The notes under the pieces are model-generated. The model was not told the origin of the DNA. It made no database searches and worked only from the letters and a program-made list of their open reading frames with translations. The position numbers were made by a program, and so were the translations under genes. A stretch of 64,000 nt of DNA from a virus. The stretch covers positions 1-64,000 of IMG/VR virus record IMGVR_UViG_3300033148_007251; one strand, written 5' to 3'. Shown here one piece after another: positions 45,840 to 55,445 of this stretch (position 1 is the stretch's first letter; each line of letters starts with the position of its first letter).

Positions 45840-47494
45840 TGGGAAAAGGCGTCATAAAATCAGGCGGTGAAAACGGTTTGTATAATGTCAAATTGACCTT
45901 CAATAGAGATAGGGTAAATAACCTTATCTCTATTATGGATACGCAGATAACAGCACTCAACGCAGAGATAGATATGATGGAGGCAGGAGATGCCAAAGAG
46001 TTAAAAAAACTTCAGCGTAATTCATATCAAAAGAAAAAAGAATATCTGCAAAACAATATGCCGGAAGATCCAACTGTTTCTGCATGGTGTGCAGACTTTA
46101 CGGAAGATATGAGTGGGACAGTTGGAACGGTTGAAATACCTGGGGAGAGGGGTGTATTGCAAATACAGCCAGGATATGAAAGTAATGCTGCCTACAATAC
46201 AACGAGAGACGGGCAGTTACAACTACCTGTTGCGGGAACTCCAGAAAGCGTATTTTACAATCTTGCGATGTTACCTGGCTGGCAAAAATGGATGCCTACG
46301 TATAGATATGGAATAATTTCAAACATTGATACGGATAATGATACTTGTAACGTAACGCTTGATAAAGTAGAAAGTAGTCAACAAAATTTAGATATCAATC
46401 AAATTAATAAATTAACAGGCGTTGCGATTGAATATATGTCTTGTAATGCAGTTGCTTTTGAAGATGGTGATTCGGTTTTAGTTGAGTTTGCAAGCCAGGA
46501 CTGGGCTGGAGCAAAGGTTGTAGGGTTTAAAGACAACCCTGTAGCTTGCGAATATGAGTTTTATATCAGGCCTACATTCAATGGATATTCACCAACCTAT
46601 GGTGGAGAAGGTATTAGATTAGAAAACGATGAATATGACGAAAGAGCAAGCACAACGGTTACAGGTGATTTTGCCGGTCTTTGCGGCCCATTCACGCAAG
46701 ATGTTGACACCGGAGACGAAGATATTTTTCTTAATACATCTGTGGCTGCAGGTGTAAATCCTAACTATGCCGGAGTTAATAATATATTTGCTCATTTTGT
46801 TGAGGTCGAGGAAGGGGAAGCGGCTTTTCATTATGGGTATACTTTTAGTGCTTTAAATTGGTTTGATGCGGGCAAGAAGGAGTTCAAAATCGGCGACGGT
46901 ATCGGGGCTTCTATTTTGCATGTTAATCGAGTAAGTTGGTTGAGATATAGAAACGTTTTGAAGGGTTGTGCGAAAACAATTGAAACTATTAACGATGTAA
47001 AATATAGCGTGTATACCGTAGATTTTACAGGCTTATATTTTCCAGCATTAACATACACACTTAAAAAATATCTATCAACTTGGCCGTGTAGTGGTTGCGG
47101 AGCTCAAGACACATCTCAAGAAGCTCCAATTCGCTATGGTTTAACAGTTGAAAATATCGATGCAGATCAGGTGAATAATTCCGGTATTTGTATCGGATAT
47201 GAAACGGAATGCGCATATGAAGAGGGTGAATGTAAAGCTTGGTTAGCGAGAGCGATAACAAGCCACACTCCTGAATTTGTAATGACCAAAGATCAAATAT
47301 GTGTGTTGTCGGATGAGTATGGTTGTAATACTTCTTACGCTTCGATTACCATAGACACAAATCTTTATATTCATGAACAACAGATTATCCATCCATATGG
47401 CAGTGGAATAATATGTGAGGTGTTAACCACAGACTGTTCTGATGACGAGGAATATAAATATGAAATAACATTAGCTCCAGAAAATAAATTCTAA
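45839..47494 (+). CDS. tail tip/baseplate-hub-like protein
   Basis: AWCAD, AMLPGWQKWMPTYRYG, YMSCNA.AFE.GD.VLV.F.......KVVGF (OB-like); Cys-rich variable C-terminus. Confidence 0.6.
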   Translation: MGKGVIKSGGENGLYNVKLTFNRDRVNNLISIMDTQITALNAEIDMMEAGDAKELKKLQRNSYQKKKEYLQNNMPEDPTVSAWCADFTEDMSGTVGTVEIPGERGVLQIQPGYESNAAYNTTRDGQLQLPVAGTPESVFYNLAMLPGWQKWMPTYRYGIISNIDTDNDTCNVTLDKVESSQQNLDINQINKLTGVAIEYMSCNAVAFEDGDSVLVEFASQDWAGAKVVGFKDNPVACEYEFYIRPTFNGYSPTYGGEGIRLENDEYDERASTTVTGDFAGLCGPFTQDVDTGDEDIFLNTSVAAGVNPNYAGVNNIFAHFVEVEEGEAAFHYGYTFSALNWFDAGKKEFKIGDGIGASILHVNRVSWLRYRNVLKGCAKTIETINDVKYSVYTVDFTGLYFPALTYTLKKYLSTWPCSGCGAQDTSQEAPIRYGLTVENIDADQVNNSGICIGYETECAYEEGECKAWLARAITSHTPEFVMTKDQICVLSDEYGCNTSYASITIDTNLYIHEQQIIHPYGSGIICEVLTTDCSDDEEYKYEITLAPENKF

Positions 47495-47510
47495 ATAAGG
47501 AGAAAGAGCT

Positions 47511-47672
47511 ATGATGCTTAAAGAAACAAAAGAAAAGATTGAAGATACACTTGAAATGAAAGACATCAACATATTTTTGAAAGTTTTAGATATGTGTTCA
47601 AAAGAAAAAATAGGTATTCCTGATTTGAGGGCATATGTCCAAGATAACAAGAAAAGACGGAAGGAGAAATAA
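47511..47672 (+). CDS. 53-aa hypothetical protein
   Basis: MMLKETKEKIEDTLEMKD...; SD AAGGAG; fills the intergenic gap. Confidence 0.5.
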   Translation: MMLKETKEKIEDTLEMKDINIFLKVLDMCSKEKIGIPDLRAYVQDNKKRRKEK

Positions 47673-47674
47673 TT

Positions 47675-47992
47675 ATGGCATTTTTAGAAAGAACAGGAAG
47701 ATTTCTTGGCTTCACCAACTTTGTAACTGTTGCGACTGGCGAAACCAACATATTGGCAATTCCGCCTTTGGATGCTGGTCATCAAATATCTGTAACGGCT
47801 ATTCCTGGTGCTAATACAGCTAAGGTTGAGCATACAACTTCACCTGATGCCGATGTTGCTGCCTCGGCAGTTTGGCAAGACTGGCCTTCTGGTTCGGTGA
47901 CGATTACTACAAGTGATATAGTTGAAGGCCCTATAACTGGATTAAGGTTCTCTGCTACGGGCGGACAATGCAAATTCGAAGTTGTGATATAA
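47675..47992 (+). CDS. small virion-associated protein
   Basis: SD AAGGAG; beta-rich. Confidence 0.55.
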   Translation: MAFLERTGRFLGFTNFVTVATGETNILAIPPLDAGHQISVTAIPGANTAKVEHTTSPDADVAASAVWQDWPSGSVTITTSDIVEGPITGLRFSATGGQCKFEVVI

Positions 47993-48003
47993 GGAGATGA
48001 ACT

Positions 48004-49329
48004 ATGGCTTCAGGAATATGGAAAAACAGCAAGATCCCATACGTGTTAAAAGCAGTTGCGCCTACCACTTCGGATATCAGTTATTCTGTGCCGACAATGT
48101 GGGTCAATACAGCAACAAATAGAATTTACTTTCTCGTTGATATTACCGCCGGTTCTGCGACTTGGTATGAATCTGCAACCTCAGCTTTACCAATGGCAAC
48201 ATCGACCGATCCTGCTGGAGATGCCGCTGTGTCAACTGCTATTGTTAATGCTTATAGCGGCGTTATTATCACTCTTACGGGCGCAGGCAATGCCCAAACG
48301 ATTCAAGCTCCAACCGATACTACGGCAGGCAAACCTTTCACGGTTGTCACGAATGACAGTAACGGAGCATACACGATAGAAGTAAATGGAATAACAATGT
48401 CTGCAGGAGAAGCTCAAAGATTTCTTTGGGATGGCTCTGCATGGATAATGGTATCTGCAGTTGATGCTGATGATATTGCTTTTACTCCCGCCGGTGATAT
48501 AGTTGCAACAAATGTTCAGGATGCGATTGAAGAGCTTGATGATGAAAAGATGAAGCGCATCACCTCTGTTGATAATGAGATTGCCAGATTTGATTCCACT
48601 GGTGGAGACGTACAAGGGTATACCTCCAATCCTCCTACAGTTTCTGATGATGGTGAAGTTCTTATTCCTGGAAGCATGGGTGTCGGTACAGATTCCCCGG
48701 ACACAATACTTACTTTGAAGAATGATAACTGGGTTTCTGGTAAAAACTTTGCTGGTACTGATTCAGTTAATCTACTCAAAGTAAATGTTGATGATGAAAT
48801 AGATGTCGGTGGTACGCTAAACCTGGGTACAATTGAGGGCCCCGAAGATGGTGGAGCCATCACGCTTTATGATATGTCGGTGTCAGCAACGCCTACTTCT
48901 GGCGATGAAATGTCATTTACTCATAAGATTGACGGTGATAGTATACTTACAGTAGGAGCATTTGCTGATTCTGCAGGCGGAGTAGGCGGCCATTTTGTAC
49001 AGAATCACGGTGCACACTTTGATAAGAAAACCAATGCAGGTGCAGCTGATTATAATCCTTCGGCCTTAACCAGTGACTATATAATTACAGTAGATACAAC
49101 TGCAGCGGCCAGAGCAGTAATAATTTCAACTGAAGATAGAGATACGGGAAGTGCAGATAAAGTTAGAACATTCATAATTCAAGATATAGCGGGGAACGCT
49201 GGAGCAAATAATATCACAATATCATTAGAGACAAGTGGTAATATTAGCGGGGCAGCAACAGCAGTTATAAATGCAAATTACAATTCCGTTACTCTTATAG
49301 TAGATGGAACAAACGGTGCGGTGATTTAA
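48004..49329 (+). CDS. tail fibre-like protein
   Basis: APT......MWVNT, ATNVQDAIEELD, MGVGTDSPDT fibre-type motifs. Confidence 0.65.
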   Translation: MASGIWKNSKIPYVLKAVAPTTSDISYSVPTMWVNTATNRIYFLVDITAGSATWYESATSALPMATSTDPAGDAAVSTAIVNAYSGVIITLTGAGNAQTIQAPTDTTAGKPFTVVTNDSNGAYTIEVNGITMSAGEAQRFLWDGSAWIMVSAVDADDIAFTPAGDIVATNVQDAIEELDDEKMKRITSVDNEIARFDSTGGDVQGYTSNPPTVSDDGEVLIPGSMGVGTDSPDTILTLKNDNWVSGKNFAGTDSVNLLKVNVDDEIDVGGTLNLGTIEGPEDGGAITLYDMSVSATPTSGDEMSFTHKIDGDSILTVGAFADSAGGVGGHFVQNHGAHFDKKTNAGAADYNPSALTSDYIITVDTTAAARAVIISTEDRDTGSADKVRTFIIQDIAGNAGANNITISLETSGNISGAATAVINANYNSVTLIVDGTNGAVI

Positions 49330-50018
49330 TGATAGATAATGAAAAAGTAAGATATTGTGAATGTGGTTGTGGTGCCATAATAAACAGCTTTGATAATCAA
49401 GGAAGACAGCGAAGATATTTACATGGTCATTATAATAAGGGTAGACAGGTATTAGATGAAACAAGAAAAAAGATATCAGAAGCAAAGAAAGGAAAAATGA
49501 TTGGTGAATTAAATCCAATGTTTGGAAAAAAGCGTCCGGATTTAGCAGAAAGAAATCGTCAAAGCAAAGGGGAAAAACATTCGGAAGAAACAAAGAAAAA
49601 AATAAGTGAATCTGGTAAAGGTAGAAAACACACTGAAGAGACAAAAAAGAAGATGTCTATAAACAATGCTATGCATAGACCTGAGATTGTATCTAAATTG
49701 TCTGGTGAGAATAGTAATTTATGGCAGGGTGGGAAATCATATGCAGGATATACACCGGAATTTAATAACAATTTAAAAGAACAAATTCGCAAACGAGACA
49801 ACTATCGTTGTCAGGAATGTTTTAAGCACCAAGATGAACTTTATGGTAAAACCGGAAAAAAATATAAATTACATATCCATCATATTGATTTTGATAAGAA
49901 AAATAGTGACCAATCAAATTTGATTAGTTTGTGTATAAGTTGTCATATGAAAACTAATTATAATCGAGAACACTGGACAGATTATTATAAAGGCAAGATA
50001 GAACAAATGGAGATTTAA
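49329..50018 (+). CDS. HNH homing endonuclease with NUMOD3
   Basis: CECGCG, NUMOD3 (HSEETKKKIS), IRKRDNYRCQEC...LHIHHIDFDKKN....NLISLCISCH. Confidence 0.9.
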   Translation: MIDNEKVRYCECGCGAIINSFDNQGRQRRYLHGHYNKGRQVLDETRKKISEAKKGKMIGELNPMFGKKRPDLAERNRQSKGEKHSEETKKKISESGKGRKHTEETKKKMSINNAMHRPEIVSKLSGENSNLWQGGKSYAGYTPEFNNNLKEQIRKRDNYRCQECFKHQDELYGKTGKKYKLHIHHIDFDKKNSDQSNLISLCISCHMKTNYNREHWTDYYKGKIEQMEI

Positions 50019-50019
50019 T

Positions 50020-50556
50020 ATGAGTTATACAAACAGAGGTTTCTGGAAATCAGTAAGTCCGTTTCTTGATGAAAACACTTCTAATGTTGCCAATAAGCCT
50101 ACCCTTGTTTGTAGGGGGGTGTTCTGTGGGTATTCGCTTCCAGAATATGCTGTGGGTGAAGAATTATTATTTAAAATGCGTGTTCCTCATAGTTGGGACG
50201 GAACAACCAATCCTTACTTTGTGGTAATAACAAGCATTTCGGCAACCGAAGATATTGGCGATAAATATAAATTACAATTAGAATGGCAATCAGAAGATAT
50301 ATTGCATGTGATACCGGATACAATTGCCGAAACTTTAACTGATGAAATAACAGTTGCTGACGGCACTGCTTTTTACGCTGAAATAGTAACATTTGAGCTT
50401 GATGGGTCTTTTTTAGTGTCAGGTCAAACATTACACATGAAACTTAAAAGAGTAGCAGCATCTTCAAGTTCCGTATCCAATGAGATAATCATATGGCATT
50501 GGGACACACGATGGAAGTTTAATAAATTTGGAACAGACTCGATACAGGGGTATTAA
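50020..50556 (+). CDS. virion-associated protein
   Basis: Tail region; RVPHSWDG motif resembles NVPRNYNG of the next ORF. Confidence 0.55.
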   Translation: MSYTNRGFWKSVSPFLDENTSNVANKPTLVCRGVFCGYSLPEYAVGEELLFKMRVPHSWDGTTNPYFVVITSISATEDIGDKYKLQLEWQSEDILHVIPDTIAETLTDEITVADGTAFYAEIVTFELDGSFLVSGQTLHMKLKRVAASSSSVSNEIIIWHWDTRWKFNKFGTDSIQGY

Positions 50557-50557
50557 A

Positions 50558-51085
50558 ATGTCATATGAAAGGATAAGATTAGATACATACACACATATAG
50601 AAAAGATAGATGCCGGGCAATTAGGTAAAAACCCTTCAAATCCTCCGGCATTGCATCTTGCCGGGATTACAGTAGGCCAGAAATATACCGTTGATACAGA
50701 TAAGTCTAATGTGTTGTTTAACGTGCCAAGAAATTACAATGGTGGTGATGCTACTTTATGGTTTAACTGGACTAAGTCAGCAGTTGGTGCAGATGAATCT
50801 ACTAAAACAGTCAGATGGCAGGTTAAATATCTGATGGTTTCCCCTGGCGTGAATTGCAATACTGGCGAGGTTACATTGGTCACCCAAGATTCATATGACG
50901 ATTCCGACCTTACAAGCCAGATTATATATAGCACGCCAGTTATTCCGATCCCAGAGGCGTCTCTTGTAGCCTCTGGGGGTTTAGCACTTGAAGTATCCGC
51001 TATTACTCCGACAGGCACAGCACTGGCCGATGAACCATTGTTGTTGGGTGTTGTATTTAGTTGTACCTGTAAATTTATAGCGTAA
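50558..51085 (+). CDS. virion-associated protein
   Basis: Start at MSYERI; similar architecture to the preceding ORF. Confidence 0.55.
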   Translation: MSYERIRLDTYTHIEKIDAGQLGKNPSNPPALHLAGITVGQKYTVDTDKSNVLFNVPRNYNGGDATLWFNWTKSAVGADESTKTVRWQVKYLMVSPGVNCNTGEVTLVTQDSYDDSDLTSQIIYSTPVIPIPEASLVASGGLALEVSAITPTGTALADEPLLLGVVFSCTCKFIA

Positions 51086-51107
51086 TAACAAATTGGGAGA
51101 TAAAATT

Positions 51108-51338
51108 ATGCCAGAAATAATAGAAATTGATCTAAATCCAGAAATTAAGACTTATAAAAAAACAGAAGGTTTTCTCGTTATTGAGAGAACTCATGACAAG
51201 CCCGTAGTGCATAGTGATTCGTATAACATTGAACAAGCGCAGGCAAAGCTTGACAAGATTGACGGTGTAATTGCTTTATGGGAAGCAAAGAAAGTCCCGC
51301 TTCAGGAAGTTATTGATAAATATAATGAGATAGCATAG
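51108..51338 (+). CDS. hypothetical protein
   Basis: Start at MPEII after SD GGGAG. Confidence 0.5.
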   Translation: MPEIIEIDLNPEIKTYKKTEGFLVIERTHDKPVVHSDSYNIEQAQAKLDKIDGVIALWEAKKVPLQEVIDKYNEIA

Positions 51339-51343
51339 GAGGC

Positions 51344-51562
51344 ATGATGAAACTATATGCATTTTTTCCAGATGGACATGGGCCTTTTTCTTTTTTTGTT
51401 ATGGCTGAAACAGAAGCGGAAGCTGTATTGGCGGTCGAGAAAGAAAGAAAAAAGTATGATGCCGAAGATTCCGATGGGTTTGGGTCTACTGACGTTACAC
51501 AGCCTCATTATATGAAGGCTGTAGTTGGGGCAAACGTGGTTTTGATCAATGCAAATGATTAA
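51344..51562 (+). CDS. hypothetical protein
   Basis: SD AGGAGG. Confidence 0.5.
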   Translation: MMKLYAFFPDGHGPFSFFVMAETEAEAVLAVEKERKKYDAEDSDGFGSTDVTQPHYMKAVVGANVVLINAND

Positions 51563-51577
51563 TAGGGAAATAAAATA

Positions 51578-52924
51578 ATGAAAACATCTTCATTAAATAA
51601 AGGATTAGTTGGTCACTGGCCATTAGATAAGCAGTCTTTTAATCCTGCTACAAAAAGATTTACAGACAAATCAGCACATTGTAACCATGGCACAGGTTAT
51701 GGAACTAAGCTTGGTTCCGCAGACCCTGGGTTCCAGGCTGATCATATGGGTCAGTTAGTTAGGAGTGCTCCGTTTAATGGGAGTGACGATTATGTTGATT
51801 TGCCCGCTATGACTTTAGGAACATCTTGGTCTGTCAGTTGTTGGTATAAACCCACAAATTTCATACAGTATACGCATTTATTGACCGCGGATAATCAAGG
51901 TTCATTTGCATTTAAGATATTTTCAAACTCAGGAGAAGTATATTTTTATACCAGTGCAAGTGGTAGCATTTTATCAAATTACACTTTGAGTACCGGAATT
52001 TGGTATCATTTAGTAGTGACTTATGACGGGACTGACGTCAAGATAATTATTGATAATGATGAGAAGGTTAGTTCATCAGAAACGTTGGATATTTCATCCT
52101 TTGGGTATAAAATTGGCAATCATAATACAGAATTTTCTTGCGGAACGCAAGAAAATACCCGAATCTACAATAGGGTACTATCACAACAAGAAATAACTTT
52201 ACTTTACGAATCGTACAGACCAAAACTCGCTATATCTTCATTACATAAAGGACTAGTCCTCGATATGCCTTTGACAAGTGAAAGGCATAACCCTGGAACA
52301 GACGTTTTTACTGACAGGACTCCATATAATAATCATGGTGCTAACAACGGAGCGGATGTAGACACAGACCATAGCACTTTTGTGGCTGCTAATAGCGATT
52401 ATGTGAGAATTCCTGATAGTGTTAGTCTTAGTCCAACGGTGGCAATGACGGCTATGATTTGGGTTAAGGGAACGGCGCAAGATTATATAGGAGTTTTAGA
52501 ACACTTTGACACAGGTGTAAATCAAAGAAGTTTTGCGTTATGGACATCATCTTCATCCCCATATGATGTTATTCGGGTTCTTGTTTCAGATGATGGAAAT
52601 TATGCAGGACATTCAAAAGACTATACTTCAAGCATCGTAGTCTTTAATAATACGTGGCATTTAATCGGTTTTATTTTTGATGCTGGAACTCTGAAATTAT
52701 TTGTTGACGGAGTAGAAGACACAAATCCGACAAAATCTTCTGATGATGCAATAACAACAATTCACAATTCAACAGCAGATATCGTGGTTGGATGTACTTT
52801 AAGCAACAACACACCAGCAAAATTCTTCAGCGGTGACTTAGCCCTACCAAAAATATACAATCGAGCACTCACGCCTGCAGAGTGGATGCTTGCCTATGAT
52901 CAAACAAAAGGATTATACTTGTAA
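51578..52924 (+). CDS. tandem LamG/concanavalin-like domain protein (candidate receptor binding)
   Basis: Two repeats, each starting SSL(N/H)KGLV and ending IYNR.L...E...Y; WYHLVVTYDG. Confidence 0.8.
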   Translation: MKTSSLNKGLVGHWPLDKQSFNPATKRFTDKSAHCNHGTGYGTKLGSADPGFQADHMGQLVRSAPFNGSDDYVDLPAMTLGTSWSVSCWYKPTNFIQYTHLLTADNQGSFAFKIFSNSGEVYFYTSASGSILSNYTLSTGIWYHLVVTYDGTDVKIIIDNDEKVSSSETLDISSFGYKIGNHNTEFSCGTQENTRIYNRVLSQQEITLLYESYRPKLAISSLHKGLVLDMPLTSERHNPGTDVFTDRTPYNNHGANNGADVDTDHSTFVAANSDYVRIPDSVSLSPTVAMTAMIWVKGTAQDYIGVLEHFDTGVNQRSFALWTSSSSPYDVIRVLVSDDGNYAGHSKDYTSSIVVFNNTWHLIGFIFDAGTLKLFVDGVEDTNPTKSSDDAITTIHNSTADIVVGCTLSNNTPAKFFSGDLALPKIYNRALTPAEWMLAYDQTKGLYL

Positions 52925-52991
52925 AAAAAATTCTTATTAAGCATATAATATTAACAATTTAAAAACAGGACGTTGACGGGAATTGCATATC

Positions 52992-53318
52992 ATGGCCGCT
53001 CATTTTGAAAATAGACTGGACAATATTGAATCCAAATTGGATAATGTAAGTGACGCTATCACTAAGATAGCTGTGCAAAAACAAAGAATTGACACTTTGG
53101 AATTCAAGGTTAATTCTCTTTATATAAAATGGGATCAATTAATAAGCCCCGACGAGGGCATTTTACAAAAAATTCAATCTAAAATGGTTTTTTATGATAG
53201 TCAAATTAAAATTACGAAATGGGTAATGATTTTATTTAGTACAACTGTTATTGGTTGTACTGTGTCTTTATTTGCTATGGCGAATTATCTTTTTAAACTA
53301 CCAGTAACTATACCATAA
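52992..53318 (+). CDS. holin-like/coiled-coil membrane protein
   Basis: N-terminal coiled coil and C-terminal TM helix; directly before the endolysin. Confidence 0.55.
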   Translation: MAAHFENRLDNIESKLDNVSDAITKIAVQKQRIDTLEFKVNSLYIKWDQLISPDEGILQKIQSKMVFYDSQIKITKWVMILFSTTVIGCTVSLFAMANYLFKLPVTIP

Positions 53319-53737
53319 TGGTGAATATTATGAATTACAAATTAATAGAAATGCTTAAAAGGCACGAAGGACTTAGATTAAAACCGTATTATTGTACTGC
53401 CGGGAAATTAACAATTGGTTATGGCCGCAATCTGGAGGATGTTGGCATATCGGAACATGAAGCGTCATTATTGTTATCCGGTGATGTTATTGAGACGGAA
53501 CAAGATATCAAGTCTATATTTTTAAATTTCAATGATTTTACAGAAAATAGACAAATCGCCTTAATGAATATGTTGTTTAATCTTGGTAAAACGAAATTTT
53601 TAAAGTTTAAAAAAATGATAAAAGCAATAAAAAATAACGATTGGAATGAAGTTGCAATCCAAGCAAAAGATAGTAAATGGTATACTGATGTTAAGGATAG
53701 AGCGATAGAAGTTGTGCAATTACTTAAAAACGGGTAA
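53318..53737 (+). CDS. endolysin, T4-lysozyme-like (GH24)
   Basis: LKRHEGLRLKPYYCTAGKLTIGYGRNL, ALMNMLFNLG, DSKWY..V..RA. Confidence 0.92.
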   Translation: MVNIMNYKLIEMLKRHEGLRLKPYYCTAGKLTIGYGRNLEDVGISEHEASLLLSGDVIETEQDIKSIFLNFNDFTENRQIALMNMLFNLGKTKFLKFKKMIKAIKNNDWNEVAIQAKDSKWYTDVKDRAIEVVQLLKNG

Positions 53738-53748
53738 TAGGAAATAAA

Positions 53749-54240
53749 ATGAATAAAAAAAAGAAAACAGGCACAATAGGGACAATTAATAATAATGATA
53801 ATGTAGGCATCAAAAATATATTAAATATAGGAGATACAATTTCCCCTAAGTTTGGATATGAATTATGTGGGTATTTTGGGTTAGATTATCTTATGAATCG
53901 TATGAGAAAATTTGGACCTGATAATTTTTTAGATTTTAAATTTGATGGAATGTCAATGCTTCCTGACACACTGGTGGCCTTTATTGGTTGTTTAGACAAG
54001 GATAAATTGATTTACGAGTGTGCCCTACCTCATGATCTTGCATACGCTTATACTGAGTTTGGCGTTCATAATGACATTGAGAGACAAAGAGCTGATTTAA
54101 AATTAAAATCAAATCTAATTCTTAAAGCAGAAATGAGTTCTTGGTTAGCTGAAATTTTTTATAGAGCAGTTAGGATAGGTGGGGCAGAAAATCTTGCCGC
54201 CAATTTTAGTTGGGGATTTGCCACCGTTAACAAAATATAA
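53749..54240 (+). CDS. phospholipase A2-like / DUF1353-like protein
   Basis: FDGMS..PD ... CALPHDLAY ... RQRAD..L ... FYRAVRIGG. Confidence 0.55.
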   Translation: MNKKKKTGTIGTINNNDNVGIKNILNIGDTISPKFGYELCGYFGLDYLMNRMRKFGPDNFLDFKFDGMSMLPDTLVAFIGCLDKDKLIYECALPHDLAYAYTEFGVHNDIERQRADLKLKSNLILKAEMSSWLAEIFYRAVRIGGAENLAANFSWGFATVNKI

Positions 54241-54261
54241 AAAAACAATAAAGGTAAAAAT

Positions 54262-54711
54262 ATGTGGAATATATTATCAAAAATAAGCGGTGGGGCAGTT
54301 AAAGAGGTTCTTAATGGTGCAGGCAAGGGAATCGGTTCAGTAATGAACAGATTCGGATTTACTGAAAAACTTTCTGAATCAGAAAAGATCGATAAATATT
54401 CAACTTTGTTTAAAATTTCTGAAGATTCGACTGATTCTGCTCGGCAAATGTTTATGGTGGAAATGAAAACGCAGAAACAGCCATGGGTAATTCGAATATT
54501 AAATGGGCTTGTGAGGCCTTTAGGGGGGCTTGGTGCTTTATCTGTAGAATTCTATGCTATTATGGGAGCTAATTTTGGGCAATGGTTTGGTTTTCCATAT
54601 ATTGAGGTTAAAATAGAAACGGAACAGCATCTTGTTTTAGGAGCGATTATCGCTTTTTATTTTGGAAGTCGTCTTAAAGAAACATTAAGCGGTTCATCAA
54701 CCAAAAGATAA
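54262..54711 (+). CDS. holin-like membrane protein
   Basis: VRP motif, two TM segments, IIAFYFGSR C-terminus. Confidence 0.7.
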   Translation: MWNILSKISGGAVKEVLNGAGKGIGSVMNRFGFTEKLSESEKIDKYSTLFKISEDSTDSARQMFMVEMKTQKQPWVIRILNGLVRPLGGLGALSVEFYAIMGANFGQWFGFPYIEVKIETEQHLVLGAIIAFYFGSRLKETLSGSSTKR

Positions 54712-54720
54712 ACGTTTATA

Positions 54721-54770
54721 TATAGGCAAAATACTTATTAAGTAACTATTCAATAAGTATTTTGCCTATA
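54721..54770. terminator. bidirectional terminator-like inverted repeat between convergent operons
   Basis: TATAGGCAAAATACTTATT ... AATAAGTATTTTGCCTATA. Confidence 0.75.
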
Positions 54771-54794
54771 AGCTATACAAGTTTTTATAATTTT

Positions 54795-55010
54795 TTACCA
54801 ATGTTTTCCTTGATCTGTGATATTAGAAACGAAATTATAAAGGTTTTTCATAGCGTCCTTTTTTGTTTTCCCAAATCTTGATACTATACCAATCATAGGT
54901 GCATAACCAACTGCTCGCCATTCTTTATTCGCCTTACTATATGTGATTGAAAAAGTGTTTTGTTTAGTCATATTAAATTTATCCTTTCCAGTGTAAATGT
55001 TTTCCGGCAT
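54795..55010 (-). CDS. HicB-like (RNase H-like N-domain) small protein
   Basis: FSITYS....WRA........SRFGKTKKDAMKNL pattern. Confidence 0.4.
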   Translation of the reverse strand: MPENIYTGKDKFNMTKQNTFSITYSKANKEWRAVGYAPMIGIVSRFGKTKKDAMKNLYNFVSNITDQGKHW

Positions 55011-55068
55011 TTCTTATTATAGAAAGCCCTGCATAAGGGCCCGGATATTATTCAATTTTGCTTACCTT

Positions 55069-55434
55069 CTATTTATCACAAATAACTTTTTCGAGTGTTC
55101 GAATAAGATTATGAAGCTCTTCGTCAATTTCGCTATCGGTAATAAATCTTGATGCAGCGATTGTTCTAATCCTTGAAAATAAAACTTCAAGAACTTCATG
55201 AAAAGCAGTTTTATTAAGTTCTTTATCAGTTATTTCTTGATTCCATTCATAGCCTAATTCAATGTCTGCCCGGCGATTAAGGATATCAAAATAAGTAACA
55301 GCCATATTATGTTCATCATTATCCTCTTTGTCTTGCAAATTAACATTAACCTCCCACCCATAAATGCCAAAATATTCAATCCAATAGCCTACGTACCCTT
55401 TAAATTTTTTAATATCTAATTTGGTCATTTTCAT
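55069..55434 (-). CDS. putative metallopeptidase-like protein
   Basis: TAFHEVLE followed by EELH; zincin-like layout with a non-canonical HExxE. Confidence 0.45.
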   Translation of the reverse strand: MKMTKLDIKKFKGYVGYWIEYFGIYGWEVNVNLQDKEDNDEHNMAVTYFDILNRRADIELGYEWNQEITDKELNKTAFHEVLEVLFSRIRTIAASRFITDSEIDEELHNLIRTLEKVICDK

Positions 55435-55445
55435 TCAGTTCACCT

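Noticed and set aside
45839-52924. Diversity-generating retroelement acting on tail proteins
   Set aside because: No reverse transcriptase and no TR/VR pair with adenine-specific differences seen; the LamG repeats are an old domain duplication.
26771-54711. Stop-codon reassignment
   Set aside because: Genes are full length under the standard code and TAA, TAG and TGA all serve as stops.
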